This document shows, piece after piece, positions 1 through 13,843 of a stretch of DNA of 64,000 nucleotides (position 1 is its first letter; every line of letters starts with the position of its first letter). A program made the position numbers and the translations under genes. The notes beneath the pieces were generated by a model, which had not been told where the DNA came from, did no database searches, and saw nothing but the letters and a program-made list of their open reading frames with translations. Source of the stretch: Balanoglossus misakiensis (Eukaryota; Animalia; Hemichordata); assembly GCA_040954595.2 (NCBI GenBank), contig CM082589.2, forward strand, positions 5,887,186 through 5,951,185, given 5' to 3'.

Positions 1-3000
1 AATCACTTGTTGCTCGGACATAAAATGAAATTAGTGACCCAAACAGGCAAAGAAAAGGTTGTAATTTTTCACCAAAAAAAACAATTGTACCACCCAACGT
101 ACATAAGGCATAAACAGAAGCTTCACACACACGACTGATGCTCCCCTTCTGAAAGTACTGTTTCCTAGCAACAGTTGCCAAGCAACAGCACCATCATCAC
201 AAGGAGCATCAATATTTCTCTTCTTAGTAACATTTGTTGAGATTGTACAATGATCAGTATATCTTGACTGAAAATAAATATTAACGTGTTTATCAGTGGA
301 GGAAAAAGCGAGTGAAAATATGGCAGAGAGACATTCTGCCATGGTAACAAAGTTATCGACTCATAAATCCCACTTTGTCAACTTCTACTCAGTTTCACGT
401 TACACATATGGAACAAACAAATTTTGTTTAGAATGTGTGATCTGATGCTTGGACGAAAACGTTATTCAGTCGTTGTAATTTCATATACATTTACGGTAAT
501 TTTGTTTAGTGTAATGAACTACCCGGTCCCTGGTATGTTACAACTCGATGATGCAAACTGAACTCTCTTAGTTCGAGCCAATTTACTGGTTAATTATGCT
601 TTCATTCCTAATTTTTTATAACAACATGTATCCTACATTTAATAGACTGTGTCCACAACTGGAAAATTCGGAGACCAAACATGATTAAGGAAGGAGGAAA
701 TAAAAATTCAGATAAAATACACTTTTGGGGTAAGAAAAATTCACAGGAGTTACAGCTGTCCTTCTGAACTATGATTTCCTGTATGACCCAATTACAAGCA
801 TTCCATTAGGTGATAATTTGCAAGCGTGGTTAATATCACAGCAGGGCGGATATAACTTATGATCATATTACATAAACAATGTTCTCTTTCATCATTCTAC
901 TGTAAATTACATCATCACGAAATCTTCCCATCATGCCCCATAAGGGCAACACTCATTTCCTCTTTGACATTATATGGCTTCAACAGCAGCAATATAAAAC
1001 TTATATTTTCATCGTTCTGGAAAACAAAATCACTTGCCAGTTGCTATGGTAATAACATAATTATTCTACTGATATTGCCTTACACTAAGCATTAGAATTT
1101 GTCTTTACCAGTGCTTGCGATTTCAAATGCTAACTTTCTGCCATCCGGAAGAATTCACCCATAATTCATGTAGGTAAAAATCTGTACGTACTTGTACATC
1201 AAATGATGGATTTTTCAGTCGAGGGAGAGTTTTAGTCATACTTTAACATTGCTGTGTTGTTCGAGTGAGCTCTCTAGCCTTCCCAAGTTCCCTCCCTCTT
1301 CAAGGAAGCATAGTGAATGATGGATTTTTCAGCCTATACTACAAGGAGAGATTGAACCACGCTTAAGCATTATCAAGTCCAGGATATATCAACCCATCTA
1401 ATATAGATTCACATCATTAAACAATAATTAATAGCTTGGAAATGGCAGAATCAGATAGTCCCTTTGTGACATTATCATTAGTAGAAATTATCAAAATGCA
1501 TTATGGTTATACATAACGAAGTGGTCATTTGGTATAACGAGGCAATAATTGACATAAAAGGTCATAACACATCATTATTGTTCTGCAGGGGGCAATAATG
1601 TGTCATTATTGTCCCGAAGAGACAGTAAGACAGTATTAGGACTCTAAACACTGATGGTGTTTTCAATTTGACTGTTTTATTCATGTCATAAACAACGCAG
1701 TGTAAATGTCACCAGAATGGACTCACAGTGGGTAGAAATAACATTCCCGAAAATCTGGGAAGCAGCCTCACACAGGATGGGGATATATGCCATTAACCTT
1801 GACACCAAGAGAACCGGATGAGGTACATATAGAATTTCACCAACCCCCCAAGTTTGGTATGTGTCACACTAACCCACTTGTTAGTGCATGCCGTCCTGTG
1901 TTGTTCCACTGCAATCTACTGTGAATCGACTGTTTTGACTGGTCTTCGTGTGGTTATAATCATAATCATTTCTAAATTCAGCTCTTATACTATCAGGCTT
2001 TCCATGTTATCACTTGAATATCAGACAACAAACATGCAAAACAATGTTTTCCGTGACTGTGACATATGTCCGAAAAGTTGGGAGTATATTGGAGCTTTAA
2101 AAACTTCTGAAGTATTTGCATGTAAATTCACAGCAGGTGAATCACTGCATGGGCAGACATCGGTGACTGCAGGTAACCCGACGCTCTTTTTACAAAGGCT
2201 GACTTCACACGGACGTGGCCTCACTTTTCACTACCTTCACAGTTCCTGGCGTTGAATAAAAGGCAGCGTGGACCCCCCTGGAGCTTTGAGTGAACCCTCG
2301 ATGGACCGGCAAAATACCCTGGAGGCAGGTGACTCTATAAACCGAATGTGCAGTATGACCTTTGTGAACCGGGCCCTATTCACAGCCAGACCCCGTGTGT
2401 GTACAGACATGAGAGAGCTCTTTTCATTGCCATCGTCTGGAGAGCAATTTTGTTAAGTTCGGCCGGTCGCTGCAGGGTCACGCGCCTCTCAATGTTTTGG
2501 ATGGCTGGGGGCAGGAAATGTGGGCCAGGCAGATTATACAAGACCTCCTTTGTATCCCATAAACCCTTGATGAGGATGTACATCGCCTTGTGTTTAGTTT
2601 TGCGTCTACACTCAGCTGAAATACATTGAAATTCTGGAGATTATGGAGCATCTTGTTTGGTCCACTAAACAGCGTCCCCATGATTCCTGCTATCTTTACA
2701 AAACTGCTTTGCTGAGAAGATTACATGGTTGTGGTGCACAATCACTAGTCGATAAGATTCTGTGTTTTCAGTTACATCACAATCATTCTCGCCTGCTCTC
2801 CTAAAATACAAAGTCCGAACACTTAAGTCTGGAGCGTGCTTTGGGATCTGTACAATCAGAACATACAAAGAAATTATCCTAGACTTCAGTCACTTCGAGT
2901 TCAATGGGCAAAATGATCACAGGGTTTCTAATGCTCAAACTCACAACAATATCCCCCCCCCCTCCCCCAATAATAACATATCCACAAAAATTTGAACTGT

Positions 3001-3727
3001 CATCATTATGGAAATGCTCATACCATAATGAATATGCAGATAGTGGACACACAGTGATACTGTTGGGCCATGAAAATTCAGAGGTTCCTGCCTGTCTGCT
3101 GTTGCCAGGCAACCGAAACTCATTAATAAAGCTAGAGTGATATTAACCATTTAATAACCAATGATTTCTGCGGTAATTTGTTGATCGTAGTTTTGCTATC
3201 AACAAATCAGATACTCTCCAAGGTAAACACACTATTTCAGTATTTTGGCACCAACTCACTAAATTGTTCTCCAATGAAAATATACTGATATGGTTTTTGA
3301 CAATTAGAGATTTCAAAATGAGTTCCAGCGATAAGAGGGGAGATGTGGATTTCTCATTATGTGCCGTGGAGTTTTCATTTGGGGGAAAATTAGTCAAAAG
3401 TATGATTTATCGTAAAAGGCATTTATCTTTGGCTTGGGTGACATTATCTTCACCGATGCAGACTTATTGGTACCATGGCAACACTTAAGCCACCATTGAG
3501 ACTTCGTTAATTTGTAATTTAATCAGAATAATATTGATTTTGCAGACATTAAGTGTGATACTTTGCGTTGGTGTGTGTGTGGGAGAAGTCTTATCTTTCA
3601 AGACAGGTCCCATGAAAATTCTGTTTTATCTTCGAGCATTGAGGCTTGTTTGCTTCTGAATAACACAGTCTCACTCAAAATTTGATGCTCACCGTCACCA
3701 GTTTTCCACAACTCATACGGACCTTAA

Positions 3728-3828
3728 CCCGCCCCCCCCCCCCCCCCCCCCCCCCCAGTTCCCTCTATAGAGGTCCAACTCTACCATAGAAAACAATAGG
3801 TTTGGACCAAACCATGGTGGTGAAAAGG
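3728..3828. mobile_element. Small TTAA-flanked piggyBac-type MITE remnant
   Basis: TTAA|CCC...AGG|TTAA (3724-3727, 3829-3832). TIRs are degenerate and there is a poly-C tract inside. Confidence 0.35.
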
Positions 3829-4433
3829 TTAAAGGGACCTCAGCTATGAAAATCTTTATGAATTAATATTCTTGATAACTACTTTCCATGAAAAGTGCAA
3901 ATCTGATGCAGAAATTAGAAAAAAGACATAGCATTCTCTGTTAGTTCACCAGCCAAAGTATGTCACAAGCAAGTAGCTATAACACTCGCCGCTAAAAGCA
4001 CTTCTTTTCAAGGCACTTTTTTATTGCGCACAATTTCCAATACTTAAGAAAAAGCAATATTGCTCCAAGGTTTCAGACAATAAATCATGACTTAATATCA
4101 TAAAGAATTCTGATTTTATTGCAATGTCAGAACTCCACCATTTTTACGTATTGATCACTGTCTACAGAGAGGAAATTGCCAATAAAGAGCAATATAGTCC
4201 CTTTCTTTATTTTATTCCTATTTTTAATGACTAAAACGTAACGTAAATGAAAATCTATGAATGGGCAATTTAAGTTGGAAATCCTCCGGCAGCCTGAGTA
4301 CTGTTTGTTTGCAGAGACACTGTGATTTTTTTTTCGAAATACAGGAATGAAGAAACCCATTTGCCTGATTCAGAAAGTGTAATTGATGCATAAAAGACCA
4401 AAAATACCAGAAAATCGACAAAAGTGTCATATA

Positions 4434-4611
4434 CCGTTACACCTGTGTTAGTGGCTACCTCTATACAGTGGCCACCTCTATATAGTGGCCACTTTGTCAC
4501 AGTTCCTGTGCAATGTATGTGTGCAGTAATGGACCTGTCTATAAAGGCCCCCTGTCTATAAAGGCCAATTTAGAAAAGTTCCTTCGCTGGCTGCTAAGAC
4601 AGGTTTGACTG
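4434..4611. mobile_element. Tc1/mariner(pogo/Tigger)-type MITE
   Basis: Imperfect TIRs: ccgttacacctgtgttagtggctacc versus revcomp cagtcaaacctgtcttagcagccagc. TA on the left, CA on the right. Internal repeats gtggccacctcta and cctgtctataaaggcc. Confidence 0.6.
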
Positions 4612-6372
4612 CAGTGCTAGTTTTCAGGAAATGGAAACCTGTCTTTTACTGAATGGGTCAAAACATGAACTCTCTAACAAACCCCCCCCCCCCCCCCACC
4701 ATAGTTGCACGTCCTTGGATAACACACTGCCTTTAATGTGGATATTTTCGATTTACACACGCATTGTACGTTCGTACTCAAGGCCAAACTTCAACTCAAC
4801 ACATCAACAGGCTAATTCTGATTTGATTAATTTTGCTCTGTTCTAATTAGATTATGCGCAGCCACAGGGAGATTGACATTGCAATGTGACCAATACCTGT
4901 GGTTCAGGTTCATTGGTTTTTTTTTATCCAACCAGCCATGCTTGAAGGACTTTTCAGGGTTAGATGAGGGCGGATTTTTGAGTAAAATGATGAAATCAGA
5001 ATATTGGTGTTTGATTAAAGAGATCAAAATGAGAGGCTACAACCTGTGTGTGAATAGTCCATAAATTATAGCATTTGGGTTTCAGTTTTGTGGTTATTAA
5101 GCTGCTACTGCTTCTAAATCGATAGATGAAAGTGACATATTTATCTTTTTATCTTAGCCATTCATCATAATCTGCACAAAAACTATGGATTACGGAAGAT
5201 GTTATAGTCAGGATTATATGAAAACAGACAGTGCCTGAAAATACCCTAGGCATTCTTCTACAATGAACACTTGCATAAGCTTATTGGTACAATTTGTCTT
5301 CGTTTAGTCTTCCAAGCTATGCTACGATGGAAAAATAGCAACGATAATCAAAATGGCAATACAGAAAACCCTGAAACCACATACATTTGAGCCTATCCCA
5401 CTGATATACCCCAATAAAGTATGACAAATGTTTCTTAATAATCCTCCCAGACTATACACTGCACTGTGTACGAAAACACTGATGAAAATTTACTGTCTTA
5501 TATCTTTCGTAATTTGAGCAAAACTGCACTATTTCTTCATTAATTTGCATTGTTATTGCTCTGTCAGGTTGATTTACTGCGAGATGTGGAAAGTTTAAAC
5601 ACACAATGAGTGATCCTGGCTATTTTTCCCTGGTTACTGACCGCAATTTGTGTTCAAGATGGCAGCCATATTGGATGTCAAAAGTATGAGGTATGTTACA
5701 AAGATCTCAAAAACTTAATATATATTTTTAATATTCTCATGTACCGTAGTCAGCCAAAACTGTTCTCTGAAAAATGCACCTGACTTTGTTACATGTTTAA
5801 CATGTATGCCAATATTAAAGTAGAAATGTAGAAATGTCCAGGAATTGTCACATGGGTTCCACAAAAAGTTTCAAAGTTCACCTGTAACCTCTAACAGGAT
5901 TTTATAGTCAAACAGCAATTATTTTACGTTTTAAGGAAAAAAAGTCTTGGACAAATACAAGCTGCTGTGGCCTAGAAAAGCCAACCTTAACTTATAATAC
6001 AAACATTTTTTTTAATTTGACCCTTGGTGACATTCTTGTTGTAATATTATTTCTCAGAAATGTTTTGTGGTGCAAAAGAGCATCGTACACATTGATTCTG
6101 ATGTCATGAGATTTAACACGCAAAAGAGCTGAAGATCAATGTATTATACATCTCCATATGGTACCTTTAACTCTATTTTCTCCATTACCATCATCTCATT
6201 TTATATTAGTCCTGGGGATCAACTCTTTGCTCATTTGAACGCCGACTCATGACAATCAATAATCTTGCGTGGTTTTCACTCAGCTTGTGACTTTTGTCTC
6301 CGGACAAAAAAAAATACTGATTTATTGCGCAACGTGCAGCGCATACCCGTGCTGCCGACCGAACACACGTAC

Positions 6373-6599
6373 CTGGTTTTTATCGGAATCTTAATTACAA
6401 AATCCATTAAGGCTGACGTTTTGTTCAGATTTCTGTCGCAGAAAGACGGGGACACAACCCCACAATTAGGGAAAACGGAAACTGCCACAGAAAGGCAGGG
6501 CAAAACGACAACTTGTTGCTCTGTTGTCGTGGCAACCACCTTGGCGGATGCAGGGCCAGGATTTATAAGGGGCCAATGCCGTATTTAGTCACAGCCAAT
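6373..6599 (-). promoter_or_regulatory. Intronic promoter + first-exon candidate
   Basis: Two CCAAT boxes (6573, 6595), minus-strand TATAAAT (6567-6561), X-box GTTGTCGTGGCAAC (6523) and donor CCAG|gtacgt at 6373. Forms a local CpG-rich island. Confidence 0.4.
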
Positions 6600-9500
6600 G
6601 GTGTCCTGCGGAGTGAAACTTCAGTATACAGCGTAGATCAAATGCATTCTTTTGATATGCAAATGAACAGAAAATCCAATCAATTTCACTTCGTTACGGA
6701 CACAAAAGAACGTGGTAACTGTCTCCCAGAGTACGATGTTAAAAACTGTGATCTCTGGTCAACTTTTCCCCAAACAAAGATTTTTTTTGAACTGGAAGTC
6801 CATATACATGTACCATAGAGAGAGAGAGGGGGGAAAAACATAACTATCTTTCATATAAGTCAGCTTTCAGTTCAACAAATGTAGAATTAAATCCATTTGA
6901 ATAGATGTTCTGTCATTTGGTGTTACAGACATGTCATTTCAAAATGAGCACCATTCCACATAAATACAGTCTAGTGTGTATTGTTTTTACCTTTTTTTAT
7001 TTTATATAACCCCATCCTTTATAACATTAGTATGGTTATTGACATTTTACAATCAATTATAATTATTAAATGTAAATATTGGCGCGATAAGTTAAATACC
7101 TTGCACTGGGCAAAGCAATATTTCATGGACGACGACTGGCAAACCTCAGGAAGTAGTCCACAGTTTTAGTTACTGTCTCTTTCATTGCATTATTCACATC
7201 AGAAATTCAAAAGAAACCTTAATACTGAATACACAAGAAACATTGTCACTGCGCTCGCATATTTACACTGACTCTGTTCGCACAAAGCCATAATCGCCTG
7301 ACTTCCTTTCTCGTCCCTTCGCTGCGTAACCACCTGACAACGAAAACCACTCATTCGGAACACAGGGAGACAATCGCTAATGGCAACAAGATGGCCTCTC
7401 ATTTCTCTTCAATTGCAGCTTTTAACTTCATTAAACACAGTTATACAAACCTAGTTTCTTTTTCTACTGTCCTAGCAGATTAATCCAGTTTGTAATGTTG
7501 AATAGTAGTTGTGTACAAAGGGAAGTCTACGATTTTTTTGTCAATCTCGAATTGAGATCTCTGTGCTGTCAGACAGTCATACATCTGTCTGCTTCAGTCT
7601 ATCCTCTAAAGCATCCCAGAGTTCTCTTGTCTAAGGTAATCCCATAATGCATTATTTCATTGTGCATATAGCGTTTATCTACCAAAATTTATTCAAAATT
7701 TCAAAGAAATATGCAATTATTTTTAAATTAATATTCCCATTTTCACTCCACACTTCTTAACTATTACCAACTGGATGAACCCATGTTGAACACATTGACA
7801 TTCTCTTCCCTCGCATCATAAAGACATTAATCTCACAAGACATTTTCATTTTACCTCCTTCAGTAGAAATGCCTTACACTCAAATTACTGTCATAACATC
7901 AGCTGTGTTCCCACAATAGATGTATCAATATTATTTCTATATTTTGCAATTTTACTCGAGCATGGAATACTTCATATACTACTGTACATTCCAAAGGGAT
8001 CTAATATAACCTCAGTTATGCACACACTATTTTACGTCACTTGTCAGAATTTCAGCGACCGGGGGTCAAAAAGACAATAGTTCAAGTTTTGACAGATTGT
8101 GTGTTTTTAAGGACCCTTCTTTATCAATCATTGGTGCAGGTATAATGTGCATTACATGTTGAAGTTTTGGAGTTGACTGGGGCCAGCTGAGCTCACGTCG
8201 AGCGTAATATTATACAGCAATAAGATTGCATATCATTTTTTTATGTCTTTCATCATGTTTCAGATGTCAAGACTAATGAACATTGGCAAAAATGGCAGCT
8301 GCCAAACACTAGTTCAGTGAACTTATTTCATAAATGTGCACCTTAAAAAGCAAAGCCTTTATCACTTTTGTTTGTACAGTGCTTCACGTAAAATGCACAG
8401 AAAAATGTGTAACATATCTATTTTTTGTTGAGAAAATGAGATAATAAAAATATCTAACATTTGCCAATTATTGGAGTACTAAAATCTTAAAACAAACACA
8501 AATCGGTGGAAATGATCTAAAATGCTGATTCTACATCTGTAAGTGGTGCCTGTAAATCTCAAACGCACCAATTTTCCCGAAACCAGTCCATTCTGCTCTA
8601 AACTCCACAATAATTTACTTCCCCCGTAGCAACCAGTACTGCTTCAAACAACCTTCTCTGGAAATTTCAAGGGTTGAAGTCACAAGCTTTTGTTGATAAT
8701 TTGACATTTATCCCCAGGCAAGAAGCAATTATTTACATCACTCTACTGCTGTAAAAATACCAAATTGTCAATCATCGCATCACGGTCTCTATTTACCCCT
8801 GCATGTAGACATCACCGGATGATAGTTCAGACAGGTTCACAGCGGTGTTCTGAAATTTTGTGAAAATTGGACAATTCATCAGGTAGGATGACACAACTTC
8901 TGTGAATGGTTATCTGGTTGGTTCACATTAGTTCAGTTTATGCCAGGCCCTGGGAAAGTGTACATCGGCTCAAACTACCAATGGGTGTTATAGTCAGAAC
9001 AACATGCATTCACTAGCTTTACTCATAATTTGATCTGATTCCATTCAAATCATCCATTACAAACCATATTACTCCGTGGATCCTATAACTTCAATTCATT
9101 CACACTGTCTGTCTGTCTGGAGACTTGTAAAAATTTACAGTTAAATTTGATAAAAATACCAATCAAACTTTCAAAGAGAAACTGTTTTCAGCGGGATAAA
9201 TTGCACAATTTCCAAACACTTAGAATTTGAATTTGTTCAAGAATGTCACATATCTGCCGCTGAGACGTGACTCCCACTGGAAAGACCGACCTGTCATCAA
9301 AAACTGACTGGCCTGGTTCTCGCAGAACTAGTTGTCTGGCCTTGGTACCGGTGACCCTACATGTGCGCGATTACGAGAAATATGTCACAGTCCGCTGGAG
9401 GTAGCCATTTATCTCCCAGTTGGTCCGCGTCTAGTTAAAAATCTAATCTTAGCTACAGCAGGCCTTGATCACACTTGGCGACTGACGCGGTGCATTATTT

Positions 9501-9739
9501 CAGTGCGGCGTGGTCTGGACACATGACTGAATGGGGCTTACTCAGGTTTCATTGCATCAGGGGGTATTCTAGTATGTCTCCTTGAGATTTTTCTGGCTTT
9601 GCAGATCTGACTATGAAATGCAGCCCCCCCCCCCCCCTGCGTTCAAATTGAAATTTACGGTTTGAACTCAAGCAGAGAAACATGACATAACTGTTATGCA
9701 TTTGAGATCAACCCCCAAAAAGCCATCCCATGACTGAAG

Positions 9740-9830
9740 CCTTGAGCAAGATGCTTTCCTTTCTCGTTGTGTTTCTCCCTCACCCAGGAGAATGGCGGGG
9801 TCCTCATCCTGACGGAGTGTAAATGGCTAT
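9740..9830 (+). mobile_element. SINE central (CORE-like) domain fragment
   Basis: ccttgagcaagatgcttt...ctccctcacccagg...gtgtaaatgg resembles the conserved central domain of metazoan tRNA-derived SINEs. No head is visible. Confidence 0.4.
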
Positions 9831-11961
9831 ATTCACTTGACGAATGATGTACAAAAATCACAAAAGATCATGTTATAGTTACAGTACATAAACATTCACT
9901 AAATGATTTTGTAAGTTACTTAAACCACAGTGCCAGTGAAAACATTCTGGTGAGAACTTCTACACAAAGTTTTTTAATTAAAAAGATGCATTAAAAAGTT
10001 GTTTTTCTTTATTTTTCATATAATTGATAGTAGATGAATTATTCTGCAAATTGAAAGCCATTACATTAAATATTTTTTAAATAATTGTCTAAAATTTATA
10101 TATGTAATTGCAAACTATCAAAAACAATTGATTTGGTCCATTCAAGCTTGATTAAAATTTTATTACCAAACAGTATTATGTGGTATATCTAATAAAAACA
10201 AAAAGCAATAAATTCTGATTATACTTATAATGTCATTTCTCTAAAATTGAATTTTCCACCAAGTTTTGGACTTTGAAATGTCAAATTGGTGAAATAAATT
10301 TGCATAATGCCAGTCAGCCAATCAGAGATGAGCAGTTCTGACATAACAGCCAATCAGAGGCAAGCTATTCTGACATTGATGCAAGTTATTCCAATACAGT
10401 AGCAATACAAGTGTTTGTACAAGTGTTAGCAGACGCAATCAATCATCTCAAGACTACTTCAAGACGCTATTCACATCAGGTGATCTGATGAAAGTCTCCA
10501 GTAACAGACTTGAGAGCCGAACTTATCCGAGTCACTAAAATCTTACGATGAACTCCGAACTCATCAGAAATGTTTTCTATATACACAAAGACTGTTTAGC
10601 TCTTTTTTCTAGAAGCTTAACTGTCTTACGATAGATTACACACTTGAGAGCTAAACCAAGCTACATTGCAAGTCACTTTGAAGACCTAGTGATAAAACCG
10701 CACTACCAGCACAGTAAAAACCTAGCAAAATGGAGACAGTATGCCGGCTTTTTAAGGGGTACTTCAGTTCGAAAATATCATTTTCCAGAAGTGATTATGA
10801 ATTATCTGAGTCAGAAATTTATTGCGATAATCAAAATTTTATGGGGAAAAAGTCAGACGAAAATCAATCTTCGTACAAAAAGTAGACTGAAAAAAAAACT
10901 GACTGCCGTCAAGATGACCATGAAGACACTAGTCTCTGCTAAGAGTGAAGTTTAAGAGGTCTATAAATTCTCATTACGAAGATTCAACACTATATGTCAT
11001 CTTATTATCTCTCTATACCACAATATATGAGACGCTGGGAGGCCATAATGTATCCTACTTCTGCCTGTAATGTTAATATATCTCTCTCCCACATTCCTTC
11101 TTTAGATTTAATTTCACCTTTGTTTTACGTGAAAGGGGGACACAGTAGTGGTTGGCCATGGTGGTTGGTTGGTTTGTTGATTGTTTGTTTGTTTGTTTGT
11201 TTAAGTTTTTACTAATGTTATTTCACTAACTTCTTACTTGGACAACAAACTGTCAAACTGACAAACCAACTGATATATTTCAACCCAACTTTAAACCATA
11301 TGAGCAATTCTACAAACAGTATTTTTTTTAATTCAAACTCCAACATTCTAATCCTAATAGTATCACATACACCCCCCCCCAATATCAAATGGTTTCTTCC
11401 ATTTTCTTATTAAACTCCACTGTTTACGATGATACACCCAGCACTAGCAAATCCACATTAACAGATCAATGAACCTTCAACCACTGGGTCAGTCTCAATT
11501 TCAATTTTATTGCCCTTTAAAAAAGAAACTACCCAAAAATTCATTCGCTGGGGTGCCCAACGAACGATATTGTCGCATTCAGGATTATTCAAGATCTTTT
11601 ACTAGGTCGTGTTAAAAATATCAATTACATAAATTTGTATGCAAATTAGCTTCCATTCTGCTGTGATGCATGAGTTCGAAACTCTGCCAATATTTTATAC
11701 AATGGAAAATAACCGTACATTTTACTACACAGCTAATCCAGCCAATTTCAAAATTTATTTCACAATTTCCGAGTTATAAATTTTTATTGTGATGAAATCG
11801 TGATGCTCAATTCTGTCAGTGTACTCTGCAAGATCACCCAGGAGGTGATTCTATGCGGCATAACTCTACAAATATACCCCCGGTACAAAAGCTCAGAAAA
11901 TGAGTTCATATAGTCACGCACGTTCTTATTCTTCATGATACAAAAATCATCTCACTATTAA

Positions 11962-12236
11962 AGGTGCAGTGGCTACGATTTCTGAGAAGGGGCAACTGAC
12001 CCAGAAAAGTGTCACCATGCTATTTTAACTTATTTCAGTAACTGAGTTTTTTGCCAGCCAGGCACTCTTACAAGAACATCTGGTGTGCACGTTAATGACA
12101 ATTTACCTTCAAAATGGTTTTTGATGGTAACCATGATGAAAGCTTAGTAAAAAGTTTGGGGGAAAAGAGACAATCTTCTGATACACGTGTAGAACACAAA
12201 TAAGAACACGCTCATTCAGTTGTAGACAATGCATCT
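11962..12236. mobile_element. Kolobok-type non-autonomous element
   Basis: TTAA on both sides. TIR aggtgcagtggctac versus revcomp agatgcattgtctac (12/15), with RR...YY termini. Confidence 0.55.
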
Positions 12237-13805
12237 TTAATACCTGCTGTGACTTATACTCTAGGGTGTCTGTCAACATAAACCGTAAGTAACCGCGCCA
12301 CATGACTGGAATGTCTAGTGTATCTGAGTGCGGATCTCAAATAATTCGCTTAAACCACACACACAATCCGCGCATGCAAAGCTAATTCCTTCCGCAAGAT
12401 CCACAAATGCTCAGCTTTGGACCTCATTCAGATACTGAGCTCCGCATAGCATTGGTTTACTCTGTACTGTCTCTCTGAGTCCGCAAGTGACACTTGCAAT
12501 CTGATAATTGTGCAACTTACTATCGCAAAACACACAGTGTTTTATAAACCCTACCAGTTCCCAGTGTGAGCAAACCTCGAAACCCTTCACTGTTGCTAGG
12601 CAAGTTTCTGCTGTGCTCACAAACCCAATGGTGGGCCTTGGCTAAGCCTATTCATGACCCAATTCGAAACCACTTGACAAGACTGTACTAAATGTATTAT
12701 GAATTTTGCTAGCTTTGTTTATTACATTTAAGTAACTGATAGGGCTAATGTCAAGCTCCAATCATCTTGTGTGTTCACTAGACCTTGAGTAATACTAATA
12801 AATCAAACTTTTAGGCACGAGAGTGAAAAACTCGCAAAAGTGAATAATCGGTGTTTACCATTTATTCACCTGGGCGAGATTTTACTCTCATATCCGACAA
12901 ACGGGATGGAAGTTGTGTGAGGTCGAACGTTGATTCACTATATATCCACATGTAGAATAACATAAACGGTGTCTTATGTCATACATAATTAATGAGAAAA
13001 GTGCAGCGAGAGAGAGACTTTGTCCCTTTAATAAACCCTCCACCCCTACCACCCTCATCTAAAACATATCAGCTTGACTGGAGCAAACCAGGAAGCTAAG
13101 AACTCCATGATAGCATCCGTTACCATGGAGACAGAGAAGGCTTGTGTTGTAGGTGATGTCAGACTTAGTGGGGGAGCTATTTTCTGATAGCTATGTTGAT
13201 ATGACTCATGTACTGATGCCCGATTTAGTGGAAAACACCGTCATTAAGAATTAGCCCCACGCCACAAAAATAACTGATCTCGAAGCGTCTGCATTTCAGC
13301 TTTTGACAGATTCACAACAAATGAGCATAATGGTTTGATTCAAATTTTTTTGCAGGTCGGCAAATGTTTTGAAAATCAATCCCAAGGGTATGTAATGGAA
13401 AAGTCTCCATTAGTACATTCACTGCAGACTTCTTTACAAAACATAAGTGTAAGTACCTAATAAAATCATGAATAGCAAAGGGATTTTTTTGTCGTTTTGA
13501 AATGCTGAGTTCAACACAGCCTCGTGAAATGACTTGTATCAATTCAGCTGCTTTGTTAGAATTCTTACAATCTGACAGATTTTCATATTTCATTAAGTTT
13601 GAATTTTTTTAAAATAGTGCCACTGGACACTCAAGGGGATGAAAGCTCTTCCTCCTGACCGAAATCAGTCAGAGGAATTTGTTTTCTCCCTGTTCACGAA
13701 ATTTCTGCTTCAAAATGGCAGTTTTAATTACCTGAAGAGTTCTACGTACCAGAGAAAATATGAATTTAATATCCATCATTTCACATTGAAACGTGGTGAC
13801 TATGC

Positions 13806-13843
13806 ATTGCTATTGGCAACCGATATAGCGTTGCTATGGTGAC
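13806..13843. promoter_or_regulatory. Tandem RFX X-box pair (intronic enhancer candidate)
   Basis: ATTGCTATTGGCAAC (13806) and GTTGCTATGGTGAC (13830). Confidence 0.5.
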
